Part shown: positions 16,774 through 26,414 of the stretch, one piece after another
How the letters are laid out: each line of letters opens with the position of its first letter
Numbering within the stretch: the first letter of the stretch is position 1
Source of the DNA: an uncultured Thiothrix sp.
Lineage (GTDB): Bacteria; Pseudomonadota; Gammaproteobacteria; Thiotrichales; Thiotrichaceae
DNA length: 64,000 bases
Direction of reading: 5' to 3'
Assembly (NCBI RefSeq): GCF_937873765.1
Contig: NZ_CALMZC010000058.1
Location: 5,713 to 69,712, forward strand
Made by a program: the position numbers and the translations under genes
The notes under the pieces: generated by a model
Seen by the model: only the letters and a program-made list of their open reading frames with translations
Database searches by the model: none
Told to the model about the DNA's origin: nothing

Positions 16774-18969
16774 TTATGATAATTCTACAGGATCTATGTC
16801 TATAGACCAGCGAATGCTTTTTTGGTTTGGGCTGTTTTTTTCTTGGCTAGTTAAATAAGTTAAACAAATATGACGTAAATGACGGTTTTCTGCTTGAACC
16901 AACAGTTGTGCTCGATAGCGCTCTGCACGTTTTTCTAAGGGAGCAGGTACTGGTCCCATAATAGATACCCCTGTTTGGCTTGGAATCACTGCACGTAACT
17001 GCTCAAGATGCTGCAAAGCTTGCTCCATTTCAGCGGCTTCTGCGCGAATCAAAGCTTGGTAACTAAATGGTGGAAATTGCCAACGTTTACGTTCTTCAAT
17101 TAATTGCTGCGCAAAAGCTAAATATCCACTTTGGAGTAAAGTGAGCAACATCGGATGCTGCGGCTGGGTGGTTTGTAAGATGACATGCCCCGGTTTGTCA
17201 CTACGTCCTGAACGTCCAGCTACTTGCGTGAGCAATTGCCCGAAACGCTCCAAAGCGTGGTATTCCGAGCTTAACAAGGCTGCATCTACATCTAAAATAA
17301 CTACGAGGGTTAAATTGGGAAAGTCATGCCCCTTTGCCAACATTTGTGTACCCACTAGTAGCAAGCGGTCAGTGGTACGTACAGTTTCTAAATGCCGCTC
17401 GAGTGCGCCTTTCCGACTAGTGGTATCTCGATCAATTCTCACAATGGGTGTTTCAGGAAAATATTGTTGTAAAACTAGCTCAATCCGTTCCGTGCCATGC
17501 CCTTGAGTCATCAACTGTGGATGATTGCAAGCAGGGCAGTGTGATTCTGCGTGTTCATCCGTGCCACAATGATGGCAAATTACGCGGCTCTTACGGGCAT
17601 GATAAGTCATATTTGCACTACAAGCGGGGCAGTGTGCTAACCAACCACAGGCTGGGCACAGCAACATCGGCGCAAAGCCCCGCCGATTAATAAACAGCAT
17701 CGCTTGCTCATTACGCTCTAAGGTGCGCTCTAGCGCTTGCAAGGTCAGCTTACTTAGACCTGAGTGCAAATGCTGTCCGCGAATATCTTGTACTTCTAAG
17801 CTTGGTTGGCGTGCTTTTCCCGGACGCTGTTCGAGGCGGAAATAGTGATAACGTCCCTGCTCAGCATTATGCAAAGTTTCTAAAGAAGGCGTGGCAGTAC
17901 CCATTAAAATCGGAATATTCAGCATCTGCGCGCGCTTAATGGCTAAATCGCGGCCATGATAGCGAAAGCCTTCCTGCTGCTTCAAGGAGGTATCATGCTC
18001 TTCGTCAATGATGATCAGCCCTAAATGAGCAAAGGCTGTAAATACTGCTGAGCGTGTACCAATCACAATATCTGCTTGTCCGGAGCGCGCTTCCATCCAT
18101 GCTTGCAGGCGTTCAGTGTCATTTAAGCCTGAATGTAAACAGCTAATGCGCTGCTCAGGGAAATGGTCTGTGAAGCGTTGTACTAATTGTGGGGTTAGAC
18201 CAATTTCGGGAACGAGAATGAGAGTTTGTTTATGGCTAGCCAAAGCGTCTTCAATCAGGCGCAAATAGATTTCAGTTTTGCCGCTACCCGTCACTCCATG
18301 GAGCAAAGTCGGTTGGGGGTTAGGTGCTTTTATCCAAATCCGACATTGTTCAAGGCAGGTGTTTTGTTGCTGGCTGAGTTCAAGTTTAGGTGTCACTGTT
18401 CCCAAATAAGGTAAGCCAGCTTGTGACAGACTGAGCTGTTCTTGAACTAAGCCTTTGTCTATCAAGGCAGCTAATACTTGGCGCCACCCATCGCCTACAT
18501 GGGTATGAATCGTACTAGCTGAACAGGGAACATTTTGCTGAATCAGCCACTGATACAAATCTGCTTGACGTTTAGCGCGCTTAAGTTGACTACTCGCTGC
18601 CGATTTATGGAGCGCTTGCCAAGTCATGGTTTGAGGTAACGGTTTGCCATCACGCAAGGCATTAGGGAGTGCAGTAAACACCACCTCACCAATCGTATGC
18701 TGATAATAGCGTGTAGCCCATTGAATAAGCTCTAGTAAATGAGCATCCAATAAAGGCTCTCGATCCAATAAGGTCTTAATCGCTTTGAGTTTGTATTGGT
18801 TAATTGCCTGTTCATCTGCTAAGCCTAAGACCACGCCAATACTACTACCATGCCCTAAGGGCACTGAGACGCGACAGCCTAAAAGGTCGATAGGGTTAGT
18901 AGTTGGATGAACATAAGTCAGTAAAGTCCGCAGCGGCCGAGGGACAGCGATGAGTAGTTTTGCTTCCAT
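16774..18969 (-). CDS. priA: Primosomal protein N'
   Basis: GVTGSGKT, DEEH, two CxxC zinc knuckles, GTQMLAKGHDFP. Confidence 0.97.
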   Translation of the reverse strand: MEAKLLIAVPRPLRTLLTYVHPTTNPIDLLGCRVSVPLGHGSSIGVVLGLADEQAINQYKLKAIKTLLDREPLLDAHLLELIQWATRYYQHTIGEVVFTALPNALRDGKPLPQTMTWQALHKSAASSQLKRAKRQADLYQWLIQQNVPCSASTIHTHVGDGWRQVLAALIDKGLVQEQLSLSQAGLPYLGTVTPKLELSQQQNTCLEQCRIWIKAPNPQPTLLHGVTGSGKTEIYLRLIEDALASHKQTLILVPEIGLTPQLVQRFTDHFPEQRISCLHSGLNDTERLQAWMEARSGQADIVIGTRSAVFTAFAHLGLIIIDEEHDTSLKQQEGFRYHGRDLAIKRAQMLNIPILMGTATPSLETLHNAEQGRYHYFRLEQRPGKARQPSLEVQDIRGQHLHSGLSKLTLQALERTLERNEQAMLFINRRGFAPMLLCPACGWLAHCPACSANMTYHARKSRVICHHCGTDEHAESHCPACNHPQLMTQGHGTERIELVLQQYFPETPIVRIDRDTTSRKGALERHLETVRTTDRLLLVGTQMLAKGHDFPNLTLVVILDVDAALLSSEYHALERFGQLLTQVAGRSGRSDKPGHVILQTTQPQHPMLLTLLQSGYLAFAQQLIEERKRWQFPPFSYQALIRAEAAEMEQALQHLEQLRAVIPSQTGVSIMGPVPAPLEKRAERYRAQLLVQAENRHLRHICLTYLTSQEKNSPNQKSIRWSIDIDPVELS

Positions 18970-19075
18970 TAGCTTATTTTACAGGATTGCCTACGCTGTA
19001 GCGGAATATATTTTTTGGTGCATACCTTTGTGTCAAAACGATGACAAATCCTTGCTGTATAAAGAAAATTAAGGG

Positions 19076-19296
19076 TTATGCACAGAACCTGTGGATAAGT
19101 CTGTGGGTATCTTGCGGATAGTCTTTTGCACCGTAGGAGTATCATAGGTGTTAACAGATTGATTAAAAATTAATCAATTTATTTTTAATCATAAAATCAA
19201 ATACTTATAAATATTCTTGTTCGATAATATTGGCTAGAGCTTTGATGTTAAAGAGCTTGACAAGTGGATAGTTTCTTCATAGTAGGGTGTGGAAAA
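19076..19296. promoter_or_regulatory. DnaA-box cluster with IHF site and AT-rich core (DARS-, datA- or oriC-like)
   Basis: TTATGCACA 19076, TGTGGATAA 19090, TGTGGGTAT 19102, TGCGGATAG 19113, AGTGGATAG 19263, TGTGGAAAA 19288; WATCAANNNNTTR match at 19195-19207. Confidence 0.65.
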
Positions 19297-19321
19297 CTTT
19301 TAAAAAAGTACTTGCAATTTA

Positions 19322-20326
19322 CTAGAACTGCTGTTCTAAGCTAGCAATCACTTGTAAGCAATCACCCATTTTTATTAAAGAAGGTACATGTCGAGCCATT
19401 ATAATGCCACCACGTGGTGCATAATAAGACTGAGGTTTTTGATCCGTGCGCTCTATTACGTGAATGCGCGCAATTAATTGGTCAACCTCTACCTTTTCTC
19501 CTAAAGACACACAAGGTTCTAATAAACCCTGATGCTCAGAAAATACATAACTATTTTGATTCATCACTAAATGTTGGCTAGCGTTTGGTTGCGGAAGGGC
19601 TGATTGCCTGAGAATGCCTGTATGGATTAAGAAGTTTTCTACTCCTTGTTTGGCGATAGCAATTGAATAGGGATTAGTTGTACCGCCCCCACCTAATTCA
19701 GTAGAGACAAATACTTTTCCCATCGATTCAACTTGATGGTCATACATGCCACGCGTATCCTCTAACAACTTCAAGGCATAAGGTGCGCCAAAAGCTAGCA
19801 TGGCGGCTTCACATTTAGCTTGCTGTTGTTTATCGGCTAATTCATGGCAAGTGGCAAAAGGTAAAAAGTCGAGTGTTTTGCCCCCTGAATGAATATCGAG
19901 CACATAATCCGCCATCGGTAATAAAATCCGACTGAAGTAATCTGCTAAAACCTGAGTGACTGAGCCATCGACTTTACCCGGAAAAATCCGATTCATATTT
20001 AACTGATCGAGTGGTGAAATGCGCGTGCCCGCTTGAAAAGCAGGATAATTCATCGCTGGAATAATAATAACTCGACCCTGAAAGCTAGCTAAATCAGTAC
20101 GTTGTGTAAAATTATATAAAGCAATAGGGCCTTCATATTCATCCCCATGATTCGCACCAGTCATTAAAGCAGTGGGACCTGAGCCATGTTTAAACTGCAC
20201 AATAGGGATTAGAAGTGCTCCCCAAGCAGAGTCATTACGTGAATAAGGTAAGCGCAGAAAACCGTGCTGAATGCCCTCTTTAGCAAAATCAATGCTGCTT
20301 TTAATGGGGTGATCAAGATTACTCAT
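19322..20326 (-). CDS. doeB: N-alpha-acetyl-diaminobutyrate deacetylase (DoeB/EutE)
   Basis: LRLPYSRNDSAWG, GANHGDEYEG, DIHSGG and TELGGGG; adjacent to doeA. Confidence 0.92.
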   Translation of the reverse strand: MSNLDHPIKSSIDFAKEGIQHGFLRLPYSRNDSAWGALLIPIVQFKHGSGPTALMTGANHGDEYEGPIALYNFTQRTDLASFQGRVIIIPAMNYPAFQAGTRISPLDQLNMNRIFPGKVDGSVTQVLADYFSRILLPMADYVLDIHSGGKTLDFLPFATCHELADKQQQAKCEAAMLAFGAPYALKLLEDTRGMYDHQVESMGKVFVSTELGGGGTTNPYSIAIAKQGVENFLIHTGILRQSALPQPNASQHLVMNQNSYVFSEHQGLLEPCVSLGEKVEVDQLIARIHVIERTDQKPQSYYAPRGGIIMARHVPSLIKMGDCLQVIASLEQQF

Positions 20327-21517
20327 TTATTTTACTAATAATTGCCGTGGTACATTCGCCAAACATCGACCGCCTTGCTCAGTCACGGTAATGCTTTCAG
20401 TCATTTCAAAGCCCCAATCGTCAAACCACATGCCTGGCATAAAATGGAAACACATGCCTGCTTGTAAAACAGTTTGATCATTTGTGCGTAAGCTCATCGT
20501 GCGTTCACCCCAATCCGGTGGATAACTCATGCCGATTGAATAGCCACAGCGATTGTTTTTATCATAACCGTGCTTTTGTAAATGTGTAAAAAAGATTTGT
20601 GCTAGCTCACCACAGGTATTACCCGGCTTAAACAGTGGCAGAAGTAGCTCAATACTATCGCCGATGACTTTTTCAATATCGCGGTATTTAGCGGGTGGCT
20701 CGCCAAAATAAAGCGTGCGCGAAATCGGACAATGATAGCGATTATGTGCACCGGCTAATTCTAGGAACATACCATTGTCTTGCTCGAGGTGAGTGCCATC
20801 CCAAGTTAAATGGCAAGCAGACGCCTCTTCACCCATGCCCATCAGCGGCACAATCGCAGTGTAATCGCCATAATATTCTGGGGTTCCCCAAGTGCCTGCA
20901 TGCAAAATCTCTGCAGCTAGCTCATTTTTACGCATACCCGACTCTGCGACTTGCATAATCCGCTGGTAAACTTGTTCAATCACTTGCCCCGCACGCTGCA
21001 TATAAATGATTTCTTGTGGCGATTTAATGGCGCGCTGCCAATTAACTAAGCTGGTTGCATCTTGGAATTGAGCATCAGGCAGTGAGTGTGTAAGAGCTTC
21101 CATCGCACGTGCTGAGAAATAGTAATTATCCTTCTCGACACCGATTTTTCCTGTATGTAACTGACGTTGCTTAAGTATGTCGGCTAGGTATTCCATCGGA
21201 TGAATATCCGGCGACTGTACATAATGATCAGGGTAAGGAATCACTTCACTCTGCGGCAGATCAGTCGTTAGATAGGCTGTTGGCGCATCAATCCCGCGCC
21301 CAAACCAAAACAGCTCACCATGACTGCCAATCACTACACATTGGTGTACGTAAAACGACCAGCCATCAAAACCAGTGAGCCAGCACATATTGGAAGGGTC
21401 AGAGACAATCAGCAAATCAAACCCTTGTTGTTCCATGGCAGAGCGGGTTTTGTTTTGGCGAGCTGCGTATTCATCCTTCTCAAAGCGACGGCGGCTTTCT
21501 TTCATGATGTGATCCAT
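20327..21517 (-). CDS. doeA: Ectoine hydrolase (DoeA/EutD, M24 fold)
   Basis: WLTGFDGWSFYVHQC, GYSIGMSYPPDWGERTMSLR. Confidence 0.93.
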   Translation of the reverse strand: MDHIMKESRRRFEKDEYAARQNKTRSAMEQQGFDLLIVSDPSNMCWLTGFDGWSFYVHQCVVIGSHGELFWFGRGIDAPTAYLTTDLPQSEVIPYPDHYVQSPDIHPMEYLADILKQRQLHTGKIGVEKDNYYFSARAMEALTHSLPDAQFQDATSLVNWQRAIKSPQEIIYMQRAGQVIEQVYQRIMQVAESGMRKNELAAEILHAGTWGTPEYYGDYTAIVPLMGMGEEASACHLTWDGTHLEQDNGMFLELAGAHNRYHCPISRTLYFGEPPAKYRDIEKVIGDSIELLLPLFKPGNTCGELAQIFFTHLQKHGYDKNNRCGYSIGMSYPPDWGERTMSLRTNDQTVLQAGMCFHFMPGMWFDDWGFEMTESITVTEQGGRCLANVPRQLLVK

Positions 21518-21518
21518 G

Positions 21519-21600
21519 TTGTATACATATAATATTTTTAACGGATTAAATTCTAGTTTTCAAGTCTATTTTTCCATGTTATTAATATATTTGTATACAA
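21519..21600. promoter_or_regulatory. Two GntR-type operator palindromes in the divergent doeA/GntR promoter region
   Basis: TTGTATACAT 21519-21528 and perfect TTGTATACAA 21591-21600. Confidence 0.6.
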
Positions 21601-21619
21601 TTTAAGAGTGATCAATTTT

Positions 21620-22303
21620 ATGACTGAAATGCCCAGTACCACTTCTGAAGCAGAGCAGCGCTTTCAATGGATTTACCAGTCACTACGCTCGCGGATTATC
21701 TTGCTTGACTATGAGCCGGGTACACGCCTGTCAGAAGAGCAACTGGCCAAAGAGTTCAAAGTAAGCCGCACACCGATTCGACGTGTGTTAAATCGGTTAG
21801 AAGTAGAGGGTTTGTTAGAAATTCGCCACGGTGCGGGTAACTTTGTCACTGAATTGAGCATGCCGGAATTATTGGAAGTGTTTGAGTTACGTATGGAGTT
21901 GGTGCGCTTAATGGATGTACTGGCACCAAAAGCTGCGACGGAAGGTTTGATTCAGCGTTTACATAACTTACAAACCGCTTGCTTAAGTATTGCTAATGAT
22001 TCTAACCCGAAGCGACGCTTTGCAGAGGTGAATGTCGAAGTATTCTTAAGTTTTATGGATTTGGTGGGGAATCAAGCGCTACGTGAAGTCCAAGAACAGT
22101 TATTTTACCGTACCGCACGCATGTGGCCGTATTGGTTGGATGAGAAAAATGTCCGCCATGAAGCGGAGTTCTTACATGCTGAAATCAGCGAAGCCTTGCG
22201 CTTATTAGCAAACAATCATTACCCCTCATTTGGGCATCTTTATCGTTGCCATTTAGCGATGGCTTGCCAGCGGCTCGCAACAATGCAAACCACAGGAGTT
22301 TAA
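21620..22303 (+). CDS. GntR family (FadR/FCD-type) transcriptional regulator
   Basis: wHTH PGTRLSEEQLAKEFKVSRTPIR plus an FCD-sized C-terminal domain. Confidence 0.88.
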   Translation: MTEMPSTTSEAEQRFQWIYQSLRSRIILLDYEPGTRLSEEQLAKEFKVSRTPIRRVLNRLEVEGLLEIRHGAGNFVTELSMPELLEVFELRMELVRLMDVLAPKAATEGLIQRLHNLQTACLSIANDSNPKRRFAEVNVEVFLSFMDLVGNQALREVQEQLFYRTARMWPYWLDEKNVRHEAEFLHAEISEALRLLANNHYPSFGHLYRCHLAMACQRLATMQTTGV

Positions 22304-22305
22304 TT

Positions 22306-23688
22306 ATGGATCAACAGCTACACGCCGAACTGTCGGCTTTAGATCGCGCTTATACAATGCATCCGTCCACACATTTAGCGCAATTTGCGCGTGGGGAAGC
22401 ACCGAATCGGATTATGGTCGGTGGGCAGGGCGTATATGTGGAAGATAATACCGGCAAGTGTAGTCTCGATGGTTTTGCGGGTCTCTACTGTGTGAATATT
22501 GGCTATGGTCGCCAAGAGGTGGCTGAAGCAATTGCCCACCAAGCCCAACAACTCGCTTATTACCATGCTTATGTCGGCCATTCGCACGAACCACTGATTC
22601 GCTTATCCGAGCGCATTGTGCGCCAAGCAGGGATGGGTATGCAGCGGGTCTATTATGGCTTGTCCGGTTCGGATGCGAATGAAACTAATATCAAACTGGT
22701 TTGGTATTACAATAATATCCTCGGTCGCCCACAGAAGAAAAAGATTATTTCCCGCCAGCGCGGTTATCATGGTTCTGGCTTAATGACCGGTAGTTTAACG
22801 GGCTTGCCAGTGTTTCATAATGCCTTTGATTTGCCTTTAGATCGAGTGTTGCACACGATTTGCCCACATTATTATTGGAATGCGCAAGAGGGTGAAACTG
22901 AAGAGGAGTTTTCGGAGCGCTGTGCAGCCGATTTGGAGCGCTTAATTCTTGCTGAAGGTGCAGAAACGATAGCGGCATTTATTGCCGAGCCTGTGATGGG
23001 CACAGGTGGCATTATTCCACCTCCTAAAGGTTACTGGGAAGCGATTCAGCCGATCTTACAGAAGTATGAGGTGCTGTTGATTGCAGATGAGGTCGTGACC
23101 GCTTTTGGGCGCACTGGACGCTATTTCGGCTCACATACTTATAATATCCAACCCGATTTAATCACCATTGCTAAGGGGCTAACTTCTGCGTATCTACCAC
23201 TGTCTGGAGTGATTGTTGGTGAAAAAGTTTGGAAGGTGTTGGAGCAGGGCACTGATCAACTCGGTGCTTTAGGGCATGGCTGGACGTATTCAGCGCATCC
23301 GGTTTGCGTCGCGGCGGCGCATGCGAATTTAGATATTGTTGAGCGCGAGGATTTAACGGGTAATGCACGTGAGGTCGGTGCTTATTTGCAAGCCCAGCTA
23401 CGCGAGCAGTTTGCTGATCATCCTTTAGTGGGGGACGTGCGTGGTGTGGGTTTATTAGCGGCTTTGGAGTTTGTGGCTGATAAGAAAGCTAAACAGCGCT
23501 TTGCTACTACTCAGGGCATTGGTGCGAAAGTATCAGCCGCCTGTTTGCAAGAGGGCTTAATTGCTCGTGCTATGCCGCATGGAGATATTTTGGGTTTAGC
23601 CCCGCCTTTGATTATCACCCGTGATGAAGTGGATTTAGTCGTGAGCATGGTCAAACGTGCAGTGGATCAGGTGTATAGCAGTTTATGA
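22306..23688 (+). CDS. doeD: Class III PLP aminotransferase (DoeD-like diaminobutyrate transaminase)
   Basis: DGFAGLYCVNIGYG, GSDANETN, ADEVVTAFGRTG and AKGLTSAY; AGGAG RBS before ATG 22306; clustered with doeAB. Confidence 0.82.
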   Translation: MDQQLHAELSALDRAYTMHPSTHLAQFARGEAPNRIMVGGQGVYVEDNTGKCSLDGFAGLYCVNIGYGRQEVAEAIAHQAQQLAYYHAYVGHSHEPLIRLSERIVRQAGMGMQRVYYGLSGSDANETNIKLVWYYNNILGRPQKKKIISRQRGYHGSGLMTGSLTGLPVFHNAFDLPLDRVLHTICPHYYWNAQEGETEEEFSERCAADLERLILAEGAETIAAFIAEPVMGTGGIIPPPKGYWEAIQPILQKYEVLLIADEVVTAFGRTGRYFGSHTYNIQPDLITIAKGLTSAYLPLSGVIVGEKVWKVLEQGTDQLGALGHGWTYSAHPVCVAAAHANLDIVEREDLTGNAREVGAYLQAQLREQFADHPLVGDVRGVGLLAALEFVADKKAKQRFATTQGIGAKVSAACLQEGLIARAMPHGDILGLAPPLIITRDEVDLVVSMVKRAVDQVYSSL

Positions 23689-23835
23689 ACTTTAAGTCTC
23701 ATTTGCAGATTGCCTAGCAGAATTGCTTAATTCTAAGGCACTCCATTATTTAACGAATACGCAGACAAGCTAGGCCTGTCTTGCGCTTCAGGCTATAGTG
23801 ACTGCCGTTTCTATCTAATCTTCTAGGATTTTGGC

Positions 23836-24645
23836 ATGAGTACGGCAACTGATATTTCCCCTATCCAACAACTATTAAACATCATGGCGCAATTACGTGA
23901 CCCAGAGCTTGGCTGCTCTTGGGATCGTAAGCAGACTTGGCAAAGTTTGCTGCCCTATACCTTAGAAGAAACTTATGAAGTAGTCGATGCAGTGGATCGC
24001 AATGATGCACCAGCAGTCTGTGATGAGCTGGGTGATTTGCTGCTACAAGTTGTATTCATGGCACAAATTGCCGAAGAGCAGGGCTTGTTTAATTTTAATG
24101 ATATCGCGCGCGGAATTAGCGAAAAGCTCATTCGTCGTCATCCGCATGTATTTGATAGCACGGTGTATGCATCTGAAGCCGAGCAAAAGCAGGCTTGGGA
24201 AGCGATTAAGCAAGCTGAGCGTGCAGAAAAAGAGCAAAAAGGTTTGTTTGCGGGCATTCCAGCCGCAATGCCCGCTTTACGCCGCGCGCAAAAAGTACAG
24301 AAGCGGGCGGCGCAAGTCGGATTTGATTGGGCGAATTGGCAGCAAGTGGTGCCGAAAGTGCATGAAGAGTTGGATGAGGTTGCAGAAGCCGTCGCTAATA
24401 ACGAATCATTCACTCGCATTGAAGAAGAGATGGGCGATGTACTGCTAGCTGCAAGTAATATGGCGCGTATGCTTGGTGTAGATGCAGAGAATGCACTGCG
24501 CTTATCGAGTCGTAAATTCGAGAAACGCTTTGAGCGAGTAGAAGAGTTACTAGCCCAAGATCAGCTTAGTTTAGAAGCAGCCTCCTTGGCACAAATGGAT
24601 GCGGCTTGGGAGACTGCTAAGCTCGAAGAAAAAACTAAAACTTAA
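23836..24645 (+). CDS. mazG: Nucleoside triphosphate pyrophosphohydrolase MazG
   Basis: LRDPELGCSWD, EETYEV, ELGDLLLQVVF; tandem MazG domains. Confidence 0.95.
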   Translation: MSTATDISPIQQLLNIMAQLRDPELGCSWDRKQTWQSLLPYTLEETYEVVDAVDRNDAPAVCDELGDLLLQVVFMAQIAEEQGLFNFNDIARGISEKLIRRHPHVFDSTVYASEAEQKQAWEAIKQAERAEKEQKGLFAGIPAAMPALRRAQKVQKRAAQVGFDWANWQQVVPKVHEELDEVAEAVANNESFTRIEEEMGDVLLAASNMARMLGVDAENALRLSSRKFEKRFERVEELLAQDQLSLEAASLAQMDAAWETAKLEEKTKT

Positions 24646-25544
24646 GAGAAAATCACCGAACGCATTGAAATCGCACTACCTGCATAAGCACTGTTAAAGA
24701 AGCGTACTTGATCATCCTCATGTTTCGCACCCAGCGCATAGAATAAAGGCCATAAGTGGTCAACCGTTGGGTGTGCGAGCTTAATGAGCTTATCTTTATC
24801 CGCAAATTGAATCAGTGCTTGATCATCATGTTTTTGCAGCAGTTGCGCGATTTTTTGATCGACCGCTTGATTCCATTCATAAGGTTTGCCAGAAGCAAGA
24901 CGCTCTGCTTCTAAATTATGCACAATATTCCCGCTACCTATAATCAGCACACCACGTTCCCGTAGTGCTGCAAGTTGTTTACCCAAAGCATAGTGATAAG
25001 CAGCAGGTTTGAAATAGTCAATGCTGATTTGGAACACGGGAATATTTGCTTGTGGAAACATCGGTAACAGTACACTCCAAGTGCCATGATCATAGCCTTG
25101 GCGCATATCAAAAGCCGTTTTAATTTGCGTGCCGTTCGCTAACGGTTTTTTAAGTAATTCAGCAGTTAACTTAGCCGCTGGTGGCGAGCCATTTGCAGGA
25201 TATTGTTGTGCAAATAACTCCTCAGGGAAGCCGCCAAAATCATGAATGGTTGCAGGTTTGCTGGTCGCCATAATCGCGGTATGGCCATCACTTAACCAAT
25301 GCGCCGATACCATCAAAATCGCGCTAGGCTTGGGTAATTCTTTGCCAATTTTTTGCCAACTCTGCCGGAACGCATTATCTTCAATCGCATTCATCGGGCT
25401 GCCATGACCGACAAAGAGCACTGGCATTTTGGGTGTTGGTGGTAGGTCTTTTAGATCGGCTGGTGTGCCTAAAGCGTGTGCAAGCATGGGGTTAAGGCTT
25501 AAAGCTACTAAACTGGAGGCGCGAAGAAAGTCACGGCGTTGCAT
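24642..25544 (-). CDS. ygiD: 4,5-DOPA-type extradiol dioxygenase (YgiD/LigB family) with twin-arginine leader
   Basis: LFVGHGSPMNA, SAHW, DHGTW, GSGNIVHNL and HPTVDH; N-terminal QRRDFLR...AHA. Confidence 0.85.
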   Translation of the reverse strand: MQRRDFLRASSLVALSLNPMLAHALGTPADLKDLPPTPKMPVLFVGHGSPMNAIEDNAFRQSWQKIGKELPKPSAILMVSAHWLSDGHTAIMATSKPATIHDFGGFPEELFAQQYPANGSPPAAKLTAELLKKPLANGTQIKTAFDMRQGYDHGTWSVLLPMFPQANIPVFQISIDYFKPAAYHYALGKQLAALRERGVLIIGSGNIVHNLEAERLASGKPYEWNQAVDQKIAQLLQKHDDQALIQFADKDKLIKLAHPTVDHLWPLFYALGAKHEDDQVRFFNSAYAGSAISMRSVIFS

Positions 25545-25633
25545 AGCGAATCGTCCTAGCTGATTTTATGAGTCGTCGATCAACTATGCCGTAAATGCCT
25601 AGGTAGAACTAGGTGTGAAAAGTTAACAGAGTG

Positions 25634-26404
25634 TTAGCGTAAGGCTAAATTTTCAGAAGGCTGTACAGTTAAGCTCATCACCGACCGCAATTTGTAACGA
25701 TCTCCCGGATGCGTCAGTACTGCAAAGCTAATCAAACGCTCACCTGACCAAGTACGCCGACTGACTTGCAGACAAGGTAAATGTGCGTCCAGTTTCAAAT
25801 AATCTTTGGCATGCTGACTGGGTAAAACGGCTTCGACAATATGCTCCATTGAGCTTAATGCATAGTGTTCGGATAAATATTGATTCGGGGTTTTTTGGGT
25901 AAAATCTTGCTGTAGATAGTGAGGTAAAACACTCGCGGCTAAATAACGCTCTTCGAGTTGAATCGGTAATTGATTCTCCAAATGCACAATCAGCGAATGA
26001 AATACGCGGCTATGCAACGGAATACCCAATTGCATCGCCACAAATTCGGACGCTGCTTGCTCATTCAAGGCTAAGACTTGGCTGGTATATTGATGACCGC
26101 GCTCCCGCACTTCTTCGGCGATATTGCGTACTTCTGCCAAAGGTGATTCGGCTTTCGGTGGAGTAACAAAAGTCCCAAGTCCCGGGTAGCGGATTAACCA
26201 ACCCTCTTGCACCAAATCACGCAAAGCCTTATTCACGGTCATGCGGCTCACACTAAATTGCTCGACTAATTCAGCTTCAGTAGGGATTTTATCGCCCGCT
26301 GCATACTGCTGATTACGAATAGCGTCGCTAATGAATTGCTTGATTTGTTGGTAACGGGGTCGATGGTTCACCCAAAACTCCTGAGAATAATTCTGAGTGA
26401 TCAT
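25634..26404 (-). CDS. hutC: Histidine utilization repressor
   Basis: GntR HTH (VSRMTVNKAL) plus UTRA domain; last gene of the hut operon. Confidence 0.93.
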   Translation of the reverse strand: MITQNYSQEFWVNHRPRYQQIKQFISDAIRNQQYAAGDKIPTEAELVEQFSVSRMTVNKALRDLVQEGWLIRYPGLGTFVTPPKAESPLAEVRNIAEEVRERGHQYTSQVLALNEQAASEFVAMQLGIPLHSRVFHSLIVHLENQLPIQLEERYLAASVLPHYLQQDFTQKTPNQYLSEHYALSSMEHIVEAVLPSQHAKDYLKLDAHLPCLQVSRRTWSGERLISFAVLTHPGDRYKLRSVMSLTVQPSENLALR

Positions 26405-26414
26405 CTTAGCAGTT

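Noticed and set aside
19076-19296. Firm oriC call
   Set aside because: No dnaA, gidA or mioC nearby, no GATC cluster or clear DnaA-trios, and GC skew could not be computed.
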